DNA of 64,000 nt from Bacilli bacterium (GTDB lineage Bacteria > Bacillota_I > Bacilli_A > RFN20 > CAG-826). The DNA is taken from contig JAZQOV010000011.1 in NCBI GenBank assembly GCA_045628045.1, forward strand, positions 4,912 to 68,911. The letters are read 5' to 3'. Positions within the stretch are counted from its first letter, which is position 1, and each line of letters begins with the position of its first letter. The position numbers and the translations under genes are program-made. Positions 10,456 through 18,155 of the stretch are shown here, piece after piece. The notes under the pieces were generated by a model. The model was not told the DNA's origin and searched no databases. It saw nothing but the letters and a program-made list of their open reading frames with translations.

Positions 10456-11802
10456 ATGAAATTTGATCATGTTACTGGAAAGTGCGTTGATCTTTCCTTT
10501 GAAGGGAAAGGCGTTGTAAAGCTTTCGTATGGAACAGTTTTTGTTGATGGCTTATTCCCTGGTGAAGAAGCTGAAATAGAAATTGAATATAAACGTGCTG
10601 GTAATTATTTTGGAAAAGTTTATAGATTAATCACAAAATCTCCAGATAGAATTCAACCAAAATGTGGTGTTTGTACTGCGTGTGGTGGATGTCAACTTCA
10701 ACAACTTTCTTACAATGCTCAACTTGCTTATAAAACTAAAAAAGTAGCAGATGCTTTTAGACGTAATAAAATAGAAAATATTGAGGTTTTTCCGTGTATT
10801 TCAATGGAAAATCCCTATGAATATCGTAATAAAATACAAGTTCCAATTGGTAGAGATCCTCATGGCCATATCGTCTCCGGATTTTATAGAAGTGGCACTC
10901 ACAAAATCATTCCGGTGGACAAATGTTGGATCGAATCAAAGGAAGCACCAAAGATAATTTCTGAAATCAAGAACTTGATGAAGGAATTTCATTATGCTCC
11001 ATATGATGAAGACACAAGAACAGGTCTTATTCGACATGTCTTAATTAGAACTTCACTTCACTATAAAGAAATCATGGTTACTCTTGTTACTAATAAAGAT
11101 GAATTCAAAGGAAAGAATAATTTCGTTAAAGCTTTAGTGAAACGTTGTCCTCAAATTACAAGCATTGTTCAAAACATTAATACGAGAGACACAAATGTAA
11201 TTCTTGGAGAAAAAGAAAGAGTCCTTTTTGGCCCTTCTGTAATTAAGGATTCAATACTTGGCGTTGACTTCTTAATTTCATCAAAATCATTCTTCCAAGT
11301 AAACCCTGTTCAAGTTGAAAATCTATACAAATTCGCCATTAATTTCGCAAATTTAAGCAAAGAAGAGAACATTTTTGATGCTTATTGTGGAATTGGAACA
11401 ATCTCGTTATGCGCATCAAAATATGTTAATAAAGTTGTTGGCGCAGAGATAGTTAAAGAAGCAATTATTGACGCTAAAAAGAACGCTAAATTAAATAATA
11501 TTAATAATGCAACTTTTGTATGCGGAGACGCTGGTGAAGTTTTAGAAACTTTAATTAATAATGGAGAAAAATTCTCGACAGTTTTTGTGGACCCTCCTCG
11601 TAAAGGATTAGATGAAAAATTTATTAAGCATCTTCTTGAGCTTGCTCCATCGAAAATCATTTATGTTTCATGTGATCCGGAAACTTTAGCAAGAGATGTA
11701 AAAATCCTTGCTGAAAAATACGAGATACAACAAGTTCAACCTGTCGACATGTTTCCGATGACATTCCACGTTGAGACTGTTGTTTGTTTATGTCTAAAAT
11801 AA
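10456..11802 (+). CDS. rlmD: 23S rRNA (uracil-C5)-methyltransferase, RumA/RlmD family (TRAM + 4Fe-4S + SAM-dependent methyltransferase)
   Basis: TRAM-like N-terminus. Cys cluster CGVCTACGGCQLQ. SAM-binding DAYCGIGTISL. DPPRKG motif. Catalytic Cys region SCDPETLARD. Confidence 0.8.
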   Translation: MKFDHVTGKCVDLSFEGKGVVKLSYGTVFVDGLFPGEEAEIEIEYKRAGNYFGKVYRLITKSPDRIQPKCGVCTACGGCQLQQLSYNAQLAYKTKKVADAFRRNKIENIEVFPCISMENPYEYRNKIQVPIGRDPHGHIVSGFYRSGTHKIIPVDKCWIESKEAPKIISEIKNLMKEFHYAPYDEDTRTGLIRHVLIRTSLHYKEIMVTLVTNKDEFKGKNNFVKALVKRCPQITSIVQNINTRDTNVILGEKERVLFGPSVIKDSILGVDFLISSKSFFQVNPVQVENLYKFAINFANLSKEENIFDAYCGIGTISLCASKYVNKVVGAEIVKEAIIDAKKNAKLNNINNATFVCGDAGEVLETLINNGEKFSTVFVDPPRKGLDEKFIKHLLELAPSKIIYVSCDPETLARDVKILAEKYEIQQVQPVDMFPMTFHVETVVCLCLK

Positions 11803-11826
11803 CGATGCATTCTCGATGTGTTTTTC

Positions 11827-12711
11827 TTAATTTAATATTGATATATATTTATTCAATCTTTCCAATAAATATTTAGATATAAGTTTTTTCATTGGCTCAA
11901 GATTGTGCTTTAAATGAAATGCATCAAAAGCATCATAATAAGCACGTCTGTCGCTATATTTAATATCAATAGGTGGGAATCCTTGTTTCATTAATTCTAG
12001 ATTTAATAAGAGCCTTCCAGTTCTTCCGTTTCCATCAATAAAAGGGTGAATTGCTTCAAATTCAATATGGAATCTTGCTAATTTTGTAACAATATCTTCA
12101 TTAGATGTATTGTAGTTACAAATTAATTCATTCATTTTTGGTTCAATAGCATACGGTTGAACAGGTGTATGCTTTGAGCCCATTATTCTGACAGGGACCC
12201 TTCTGTAAACCCCTTTGTCTTGAGGTTGATCAGATAAAACCAAGGCATGTATTTGTTTAATTATACTTTCACCAATTTCAGTGTTTTCTTTCACTAAGTC
12301 GCATATAAAATCAAACGCTTCTTTGTGGCCAACAACTTCGAGATGATCTTTTAATGGTTTTTTGTCAATGGTAAGACCTCTTAGAACCATATCCGTTTCT
12401 CTTAGTGTTAATGTATTACCTTCGATGGCGTTGCTGTTATATGTGAACTCTACAACGAATTCCTCATTTAATCTTTTAATTTCGCCAGGCGTTAATGGCC
12501 TTTTAGAATCTAATATATTTTTAAGTTCTAAAATTTTGGATAAATAGTTTTCGTTGTTTTTGATTCTGCCATCAATTGGTTTTACGGCATCATCTGGTAT
12601 AAACCACGTTTTTCCATACAATTCTGCTCCATCAATTTTGCCTTCTGCACAAAGAATGCGAATCCTTCTGTCAGATATATTCCATTTTAGACTAGCTTCT
12701 TTAGTATTCAT
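11827..12711 (-). CDS. fic: Fic-family AMPylation (adenylyltransferase) protein, class II (N-terminal inhibitory helix)
   Basis: Canonical Fic motif HPFIDGNGRTGR. Inhibitory motif SNAIEGN ([ST]xxxE[GN]). The N-terminal 45 aa look like a small DNA-binding domain. RBS GGAGG 9 nt upstream of ATG. Confidence 0.85.
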   Translation of the reverse strand: MNTKEASLKWNISDRRIRILCAEGKIDGAELYGKTWFIPDDAVKPIDGRIKNNENYLSKILELKNILDSKRPLTPGEIKRLNEEFVVEFTYNSNAIEGNTLTLRETDMVLRGLTIDKKPLKDHLEVVGHKEAFDFICDLVKENTEIGESIIKQIHALVLSDQPQDKGVYRRVPVRIMGSKHTPVQPYAIEPKMNELICNYNTSNEDIVTKLARFHIEFEAIHPFIDGNGRTGRLLLNLELMKQGFPPIDIKYSDRRAYYDAFDAFHLKHNLEPMKKLISKYLLERLNKYISILN

Positions 12712-12730
12712 TATCGATTGCCTCCGACTT

Positions 12731-12790
12731 TATCGGAATAATAATAACACATATCGGAATAATAATAAAGCAATATCGGAATAATATTAA
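12731..12790. repeat. Three direct repeats TATCGGAATAATAAT(A) with 21-22-nt period, immediately upstream of the minus-strand fic start
   Basis: Copies at 12731-12747, 12752-12768 and 12774-12790 seen directly. They lie in the -10..-70 region relative to the fic ATG. Confidence 0.7.
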
Positions 12791-12982
12791 AAATGTGTTT
12801 TTGTTTCACGATTATAACGATTTGGGATACGTACCTAATTTGTTACACCAAAAGTGTAACCGCGTGTATCGGTGACTAGTAGTAACACGTGATTACAAGT
12901 GACATGTTTGTTAACATCGAGGTAGGGTTGCAAAAATGTATGTAACACGGTAATAAAATGGTAATGGTTTTCCTATTGTTTT

Positions 12983-13009
12983 TGACAAAAATTTAGTTTC
13001 AGTATAATA
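12983..13009 (+). promoter_or_regulatory. Consensus sigma70-type promoter (TTGACA-15 nt-TATAAT) driving the DUF285 surface-protein gene
   Basis: TTGACA at 12983-12988 and TATAAT at 13004-13009. Confidence 0.55.
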
Positions 13010-13167
13010 CAGTTATATGACAGCCACGTATAGGCAAAACACTAATCATACGTCTTGTTACGGTACATGTGGAGACTGTCGTTTCGTTAATTTTTAAGCA
13101 AAAATAGCAAATTGTTGTTGCTCCCTGCAATTTGACTTTTATATATTGTTTCTTTACAATTCATATT

Positions 13168-15582
13168 ATGAATTACTTTAAAAACATCAGTAAAAACACA
13201 AAAATATTGGCGATTTTGCCGTCATTTTTCTTAACTCTAGTTTCGTTTGTCTCGATAGGACACGACAAAATATCTGAAGTAAAAGCAGAAGAAAATAAGA
13301 TTTTTATAGCAATTGATAGCACAGAAGGAATTGGCTACATTTCGTCTGTCGATAATGATTTAATTCGTGGGACAAATTATTTTTGCGAAGTTGATCCAAC
13401 TTTAACTCGTTCAGCGACAATCTTTTTACAAGATAAATACCAAGGATCCCAAGATTACTTAGGAGACATAAAAAAAGTCGTAATTTTAGATAATGTCGAG
13501 CTTAATAACTGTTCCTTCCTCTTTGGAAATCTCGAAAATCTAGAAACTATTGAGAATTTAGGAAACATTAGTGTTCCAGTATGTTCATCTTTCGAATATA
13601 TGTTCAGTGGTTCTCCAAAATTAAGAGAAGTGGATTTTACAGGTTTTGATGTTTCTAATTGCAGTAGTTTTAAAAACATGTTTTATGACTGTGCACTTGA
13701 AACAATAGATTTATCTGATTTTGACACTTCAAGTTGTGGTGATTTCCACTATATGTTCGATTCATGTCGCAATTTAACATCCTTAGATTTATCTTCTTTT
13801 GATACAAGAAATGCTTCGTCAATGGTAGGCATGTTTTCTGGATGCTCTTCATTAGAATATCTCGATATTTCAAGTTTTGATTTATCAAATAGCCCACGCA
13901 CTGATGAATTTTTATTTGGCACAAAACCAAAAGTTATTGTTGCGCCTAAGTGTGTTCCGGAGCACGCAGTTGATAATATTGTTAAATTTGATCTTCCTCA
14001 AGAAACAGAAGAAAAACCTTACTATTATGATTATGACCTCAACACTTATGAGGAAATGGCTGAATCCAATAAATCTATAACTTATTATCACCACTCATTA
14101 ATACGTACGCTTGAATCTGCGTCGTTTACTTGTTCAAATTCTTTTAAAGAATACGAAGATTTAGATAATTTAGATATTGATGAATTAATTTCGCATTGGG
14201 ACTTCCTTTACGATACGCTTTTTGGATTTCTTCCAAAGAAAGACAATGAACCAATTTACACAATTTTAGAAAAATGCAAGGCTGACACCATCAACGTTGA
14301 AGTAGGAAAATGGCTCACTATTTATGACAAGGTTTATCCACACTATTGCCATGCTTTACAAGAATGTGGTGGAGACTTTTTGAATAGATGTCCAGACGCA
14401 TTAGATCCTGATGGTCTTGTTCATATTGGAGTAAATACAGATGAAAATATTGGTTATCTTTCTTCTTTTGATACCTACGAAATCTTAAAATCTGATTTGC
14501 GAACAAAAGTCGATTTATCCGTGAAAACCATAGGAAATTCAGTATTTTCTCTCTTAGATTCGAATGGATATGAAGATATTACTAAAGTCGTAATTCAAGA
14601 TGAAATTAGTCTTTCGGATTGCTCAAATTTCTTTAAAGGTTTGACCAATCTTGTTTTAATTGATGGAATGAAAAAAGTAAATACTGAGCTCAACACAAAA
14701 TGTATTTCAATGTTTGAGGATTGTTCTAAATTAGAATCTGTTGACTTATCTGCATTTAACACAGAGAAGGTTATTGTTACAGATTGCATGTTTAAAGGAT
14801 GCGTATCGTTAGGAGAAATTACTGGACTTTCTTTCACCTCAAAAACATTAGTTTCTATGTCAGAGATGTTCTCAGGATGCCAAGCCTTAGTATTACTTGA
14901 TTTATCTAGTTATGATTTAACTAACGTAGAAAACACCTTTAATTGTATTTATAATACAACTCCTAATTATATTAAGACTCCAAAAGCGATGCCTACTAAA
15001 GCAAATTGCGATATAGATTTGTATTTCCCTATGGGCATTATAAATTTTGGTTACTACGATTTGTCTTTTGCTACATACACCAAATTACCAAGTATCAATA
15101 GTTCCATTACATTAATTAGTGAAATCGGCAAATATGTCTTAGAAGATTTCTGTGATGATTTTGGTAAAGACACCGCGTATTATTGCGATGCAAACGGAAA
15201 TACAGCAGAAGCAAAATTAATTAGTCTTTGGGAAGGGCAATCTAAGGAATTCAATAAGCACTTTAAAGGTACTCAACACGAATGTTTATTAGAATTCTTT
15301 GGGAAAGATAATTCTTCATGTACTAACACTTCATTGAAGAATTTCTCGGCAAAATATGACTATATTTACGGAAAATACCAATCATTTTTAGATGAACATG
15401 GTGGAGATTTCGCTAATAGATCAAAGCTTATTTCATTCCCAAATAGTTCAGCATTTATTCGTTTCAATCACACTACAAATGAGTCATCTGTTTTAATAAT
15501 TTGTATTATTTCTATTGCTAGCGTTTCAACATTAATTTGTTTAGTGTTTACAAAAAAGCGTATTTCTGCTAAAAGGAAATAA
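13168..15582 (+). CDS. Surface protein with Cys-containing leucine-rich repeats of the DUF285/BspA-like type, N-terminal signal peptide and C-terminal TM anchor
   Basis: Repeated about 26-aa units ...FDTSSCGDFHYMFDSCRNLTSLDLSSFDTRNASSMVGMFSGCSSLEYLDISSFDLSN... C-terminal VLIICIISIASVSTLICLVF + KKRISAKRK. An alternative TTG start at 13132 is in the ORF track. ATG 13168 gives a clean signal peptide, MNYFKNISKNTKILAILPSFFLTLVSFVSIG. Confidence 0.7.
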   Translation: MNYFKNISKNTKILAILPSFFLTLVSFVSIGHDKISEVKAEENKIFIAIDSTEGIGYISSVDNDLIRGTNYFCEVDPTLTRSATIFLQDKYQGSQDYLGDIKKVVILDNVELNNCSFLFGNLENLETIENLGNISVPVCSSFEYMFSGSPKLREVDFTGFDVSNCSSFKNMFYDCALETIDLSDFDTSSCGDFHYMFDSCRNLTSLDLSSFDTRNASSMVGMFSGCSSLEYLDISSFDLSNSPRTDEFLFGTKPKVIVAPKCVPEHAVDNIVKFDLPQETEEKPYYYDYDLNTYEEMAESNKSITYYHHSLIRTLESASFTCSNSFKEYEDLDNLDIDELISHWDFLYDTLFGFLPKKDNEPIYTILEKCKADTINVEVGKWLTIYDKVYPHYCHALQECGGDFLNRCPDALDPDGLVHIGVNTDENIGYLSSFDTYEILKSDLRTKVDLSVKTIGNSVFSLLDSNGYEDITKVVIQDEISLSDCSNFFKGLTNLVLIDGMKKVNTELNTKCISMFEDCSKLESVDLSAFNTEKVIVTDCMFKGCVSLGEITGLSFTSKTLVSMSEMFSGCQALVLLDLSSYDLTNVENTFNCIYNTTPNYIKTPKAMPTKANCDIDLYFPMGIINFGYYDLSFATYTKLPSINSSITLISEIGKYVLEDFCDDFGKDTAYYCDANGNTAEAKLISLWEGQSKEFNKHFKGTQHECLLEFFGKDNSSCTNTSLKNFSAKYDYIYGKYQSFLDEHGGDFANRSKLISFPNSSAFIRFNHTTNESSVLIICIISIASVSTLICLVFTKKRISAKRK

Positions 15583-15607
15583 TTAAGTAATATAGGAGGA
15601 ATAAATA

Positions 15608-16525
15608 ATGAAAAATAACTTTAATAAGGCAGCGTTGTTATTACCAATTATTTTAACTTCGTGTTCTTTAGCGACTTCCGGAGAAAAAGCAAAAAATTTT
15701 TACGACAAAATTTGTGATGAGATAATAGAATTTGGAAACCCTAGAGATGATGATTTTGCTATTTCTTTCAAAGGTCGTTACAAAATTGGTGATGTCGAGA
15801 TTAGAAATATTGACGGCTTTTTCGATGGTAGATTTATAAATATTATTGGTGATTATTATAACGAAAGACTGACCGCAAAATATTATACATTTGATGAACT
15901 AGGCGAAAACGGATTGCCTTATCCATATACTTACTCATCTTTGTTAAATTCAGAAAATGAAACAGTTCTTGTTAGTAGAAGAAAACCATTTGATGGAATA
16001 CAAAATTATTGTGTTTTCCCGGACAAAATTGATGAATATAACGAAATTTACAATAATATTTTTAGAGTTTCGATATGTATAATGGAGTATGGATTATTTG
16101 CTTCTGATCGTTATAGTGAAGAATCGCTCAAACAAGTTTTCTTGTTAGCTGATGAAGAAAGAATTGAATTTGATTTATCAGATCGCGTTAAGTATAGTTA
16201 TGAAAAGAATGAAAATCTTGTTTTTACGATTTCTAGCGATTTAGATTCAATTGGGCCTTTTACTATTCTTTCTCCGGATCAATCAGTCAGATTTGCATAT
16301 TGGAATAAAATGGCAAACGGACCGACAGGAAATTATTGGAAGAAAATCACGGTAGATAAGAAAACATATCAAGTTAAGAAAGTTGAAGTTTCATATAAAG
16401 GAATTGATACAAGATTATTACCAGGCGCGTCGACAGACTTTTATTTTGAATTTGAGCCTCGTGAGCAAAGCACTTCATCTTATAAAGATCAATTTAAGAT
16501 AAGTTGCGATTCATATTTTGATTAA
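15608..16525 (+). CDS. Lipoprotein of unknown function
   Basis: RBS AGGAGGAATAAATA. Signal MKNNFNKAALLLPIILTSCSLA (lipobox LTSC). Confidence 0.7.
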   Translation: MKNNFNKAALLLPIILTSCSLATSGEKAKNFYDKICDEIIEFGNPRDDDFAISFKGRYKIGDVEIRNIDGFFDGRFINIIGDYYNERLTAKYYTFDELGENGLPYPYTYSSLLNSENETVLVSRRKPFDGIQNYCVFPDKIDEYNEIYNNIFRVSICIMEYGLFASDRYSEESLKQVFLLADEERIEFDLSDRVKYSYEKNENLVFTISSDLDSIGPFTILSPDQSVRFAYWNKMANGPTGNYWKKITVDKKTYQVKKVEVSYKGIDTRLLPGASTDFYFEFEPREQSTSSYKDQFKISCDSYFD

Positions 16526-16531
16526 GATAAA

Positions 16532-16560
16532 GCATCCTTAAAAGGATGCATTTTCTTTTT
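16532..16560 (+). terminator. Rho-independent terminator
   Basis: GCATCC(TT)-aaaa-(AA)GGATGC hairpin followed by ATTTTCTTTTT. Confidence 0.7.
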
Positions 16561-16587
16561 AAAAATGGATTTTTAGAAAATAATTAA

Positions 16588-16617
16588 TTGAATCTTTGCA
16601 TCAAAATTAGTTATAAT
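16588..16617 (+). promoter_or_regulatory. Strong sigma70-type promoter, copy 1 of 3 (TTGAAT-18 nt-TATAAT)
   Basis: TTGAAT 16588-16593 and TATAAT 16612-16617. Near-identical copies at 16857-16886 and 17439-17468. Confidence 0.6.
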
Positions 16618-16623
16618 ATTTTT

Positions 16624-16698
16624 ACCACAATACACCTTATGGTGTGATTAGTGATTAAGATCGGTGTTTCGACCGCTTAGTGCGGTGCCGGTCTTTTT
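16624..16698 (+). ncRNA. Candidate about 75-nt small RNA, copy 1 (promoter + hairpins + U-tract terminator)
   Basis: Begins 7-8 nt after the -10. Hairpin ACACC-uuau-GGUGU. Mutually exclusive hairpins CGGU-guuucg-ACCG and ACCGC-uuagu-GCGGU. GACCG...CGGUC followed by UUUUU. The copy-2 substitution (t->c) falls in a loop. Confidence 0.4.
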
Positions 16699-16726
16699 CT
16701 TTCCGGATAAAGTTTATATATTGTAT

Positions 16727-16829
16727 TTTACATAATATTATTCTTTGTTATAATAATGATGCGGTTGCGATAAAAGGCTTATGCCTCGCAGTGCAATTAG
16801 GGCACCTTAATGGCAGCCTTTTTCTTTTT
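16727..16829 (+). ncRNA. Candidate short structured transcript between the two repeat copies
   Basis: Promoter TTTACA-16 nt-TATAAT at 16727-16754. Following about 65 nt are flanked by AAAAGGCU ... AGCCUUUUU long-range complementarity, with an inner hairpin AGGC-uua-UGCCU, ending in a T-tract. Confidence 0.25.
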
Positions 16830-16892
16830 AAAAATAATATTTTAGAAAATAATGAATTGAATTTTTACATCAAAATTAGTTATAATATTTTT

Positions 16893-16968
16893 ACCACAAT
16901 ACACCTTATGGTGTGATTAGTGATAAAGATCGGTGTTTCGACCGCTTAGCGCGGTGCCGGTCTTTTTT
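16893..16968 (+). ncRNA. Candidate about 75-nt small RNA, copy 2. It is antisense to the 3' end of the minus-strand 131-aa ORF.
   Basis: About 95% identical to 16624-16698. Promoter TTGAAT 16857-16862 / TATAAT 16881-16886. T-tract 16963-16968. Overlaps the last ~17 codons of ORF 16917..17312 (-). Confidence 0.4.
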
Positions 16969-17312
16969 CTTTCTAGATAAAGTTCATATATTGTATCTGA
17001 CTTAAGAACATCCTTTTTGGACAACCCCCTTTTTATGTACTTCTCGCTATAGGTTTTCGCAGGGTAACTCCTAATTCTTTGTATAAAATAACTCTGCAAC
17101 GAATTATTTACTTTAAATGGTTTACATAACTTCGTATTTGCCTTGCCTTCCGAATAAGGCTTTGAAGTCAAAAAAACACTTGATAAGATTAGCCCATCTT
17201 TTGTAGCTATAATTGCTTTAATGTGGCCATAATGTCCATGTTTATAATTATAACGAATTTGCCCAATTCTATAATTTCTTCCGATATTGATTTTAATAAT
17301 TTGTTTGCACAT
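16917..17312 (-). CDS. Hypothetical basic 131-aa protein. The C-terminal ~17 codons are encoded by the antisense strand of repeat copy 2.
   Basis: ATG at 17312 is preceded by RBS AAGGAGA (minus strand). The ORF reads through into the repeat. No recognisable domain. Confidence 0.45.
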   Translation of the reverse strand: MCKQIIKINIGRNYRIGQIRYNYKHGHYGHIKAIIATKDGLILSSVFLTSKPYSEGKANTKLCKPFKVNNSLQSYFIQRIRSYPAKTYSEKYIKRGLSKKDVLKSDTIYELYLERKKTGTALSGRNTDLYH

Positions 17313-17330
17313 GTTGTTGTCTCCTTGGGC

Positions 17331-17403
17331 TCAAGAATATTTTACCATCTCTAAAGCAAGCCGATTCCCGTTTTTCATAACATTTTAAAGAACATAGTTC
17401 TTT
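17331..17403 (-). promoter_or_regulatory. Conserved ~73-nt leader, orientation minus. It has the palindrome AAAGAAC-ata-GTTCTTT (17387-17403) and a potential 15-codon uORF (MKNGNRLALEMVKYS, 17378..17331). It is homologous to 51905-51979.
   Basis: About 85% nucleotide identity over about 64 nt with the region upstream of the yhcG-like gene. The palindrome is perfect in both copies. Confidence 0.5.
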
Positions 17404-17438
17404 CTTTTTAAAATTCAACATTTTTAGAAAACAATGAA

Positions 17439-17468
17439 TTGAATTTTTTCATCAAAATTAGTTATAAT
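17439..17468 (+). promoter_or_regulatory. Promoter copy 3 (TTGAAT-18 nt-TATAAT), driving a structured leader and the 85-aa ORF
   Basis: TTGAAT 17439-17444 and TATAAT 17463-17468. Sequence identity to copies 1 and 2 stops 10 nt after the -10. Confidence 0.6.
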
Positions 17469-17474
17469 ATTTTT

Positions 17475-17625
17475 ACCATAAAGAGTACGGCGAGGGACAA
17501 GCCCTATGACCCGTCAGCAACCTGCGTATAGCAAGGTGCTAAAGCTTGACTGATGGTTGTTTTTATTTTATAAGCCGTCAGTATCGATGGCTTTTAATTT
17601 CTTTGTGGTAGATAAGGAGGCTTAT
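17475..17625 (+). promoter_or_regulatory. About 150-nt structured 5' leader (attenuator/riboswitch-like) ending in an intrinsic terminator just before the RBS
   Basis: Nested stem ACGG-cg-AGGG-acaag-CCCU-auga-CCGU. CAACC...GGUUG + UUUUUAUUUU. Terminator hairpin GCCGUC-aguauc-GAUGGC + UUUU (17569-17596). RBS AAGGAGG at 17614-17620. Confidence 0.35.
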
Positions 17626-17880
17626 ATGCCACAGAAAACATTACAAAACGATCTTTACGTAGTCGTTATCTCTTCTAAAGAAGAAAGAGATGAACTTAAA
17701 GCATTATGCGTAAAACATAACATTCCTCTTCTTTATCCAGAGTTATTTAAGGAAGAGGAGATTCATCACTTATGGGGAATCTCTAAAAACGGTGTTGCTT
17801 TAGTGGGCACAATGATTGCAAGACATACACCTAAAGAGAATATATTTCATTCTGTTAAAGAACTGGAATGTATTCTCTAA
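17626..17880 (+). CDS. Hypothetical 85-aa protein (MPQKTLQNDLYVVVISSKEERDEL...)
   Basis: ATG 17626 with a perfect RBS AAGGAGG 6 nt upstream. The track's longer ORF from 17557 would span the leader terminator, so it is rejected. Confidence 0.55.
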   Translation: MPQKTLQNDLYVVVISSKEERDELKALCVKHNIPLLYPELFKEEEIHHLWGISKNGVALVGTMIARHTPKENIFHSVKELECIL

Positions 17881-18155
17881 TATCTTTTCTTGATAGAGAA
17901 GCGTAAGCAAGTTCTCGTATAACAAGAAAAGTGCGCTAAATTTCAATCCTTAAATGTCTATTAAATTAGCATCACGGTTAACACTTGCTCGTATTTACTA
18001 GGGGAAGCGGTAGTTATCTTTTCTTAAATTGCGCTATTTCCTGCCAATAAACAAGACTGGTTGTATTGGCTTTTTGTGTACTAAGAAAAGCAAATTTCGA
18101 TATTGAAATACTGCATATTTTTTAGTAAAATATATTCAGTAAAAGAAAGGTTAAT

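Noticed and set aside
16571-16996. CRISPR-like appearance of repeated units
   Set aside because: The repeats are about 155 nt with about 270-nt period. Each contains a full promoter and hairpin terminator. Only 2.4 copies are present and no cas genes are nearby.
16917-16996. Treating the C-terminus of the 131-aa protein as genuine coding sequence
   Set aside because: The last ~17 codons are simply the antisense of repeat copy 2. The gene may be truncated or terminate differently in relatives. It is kept as a CDS but flagged.
17557-17625. N-terminal extension of the 107-aa ORF in the track
   Set aside because: It spans the leader terminator hairpin and has no RBS. A perfect AAGGAGG precedes the internal ATG at 17626.
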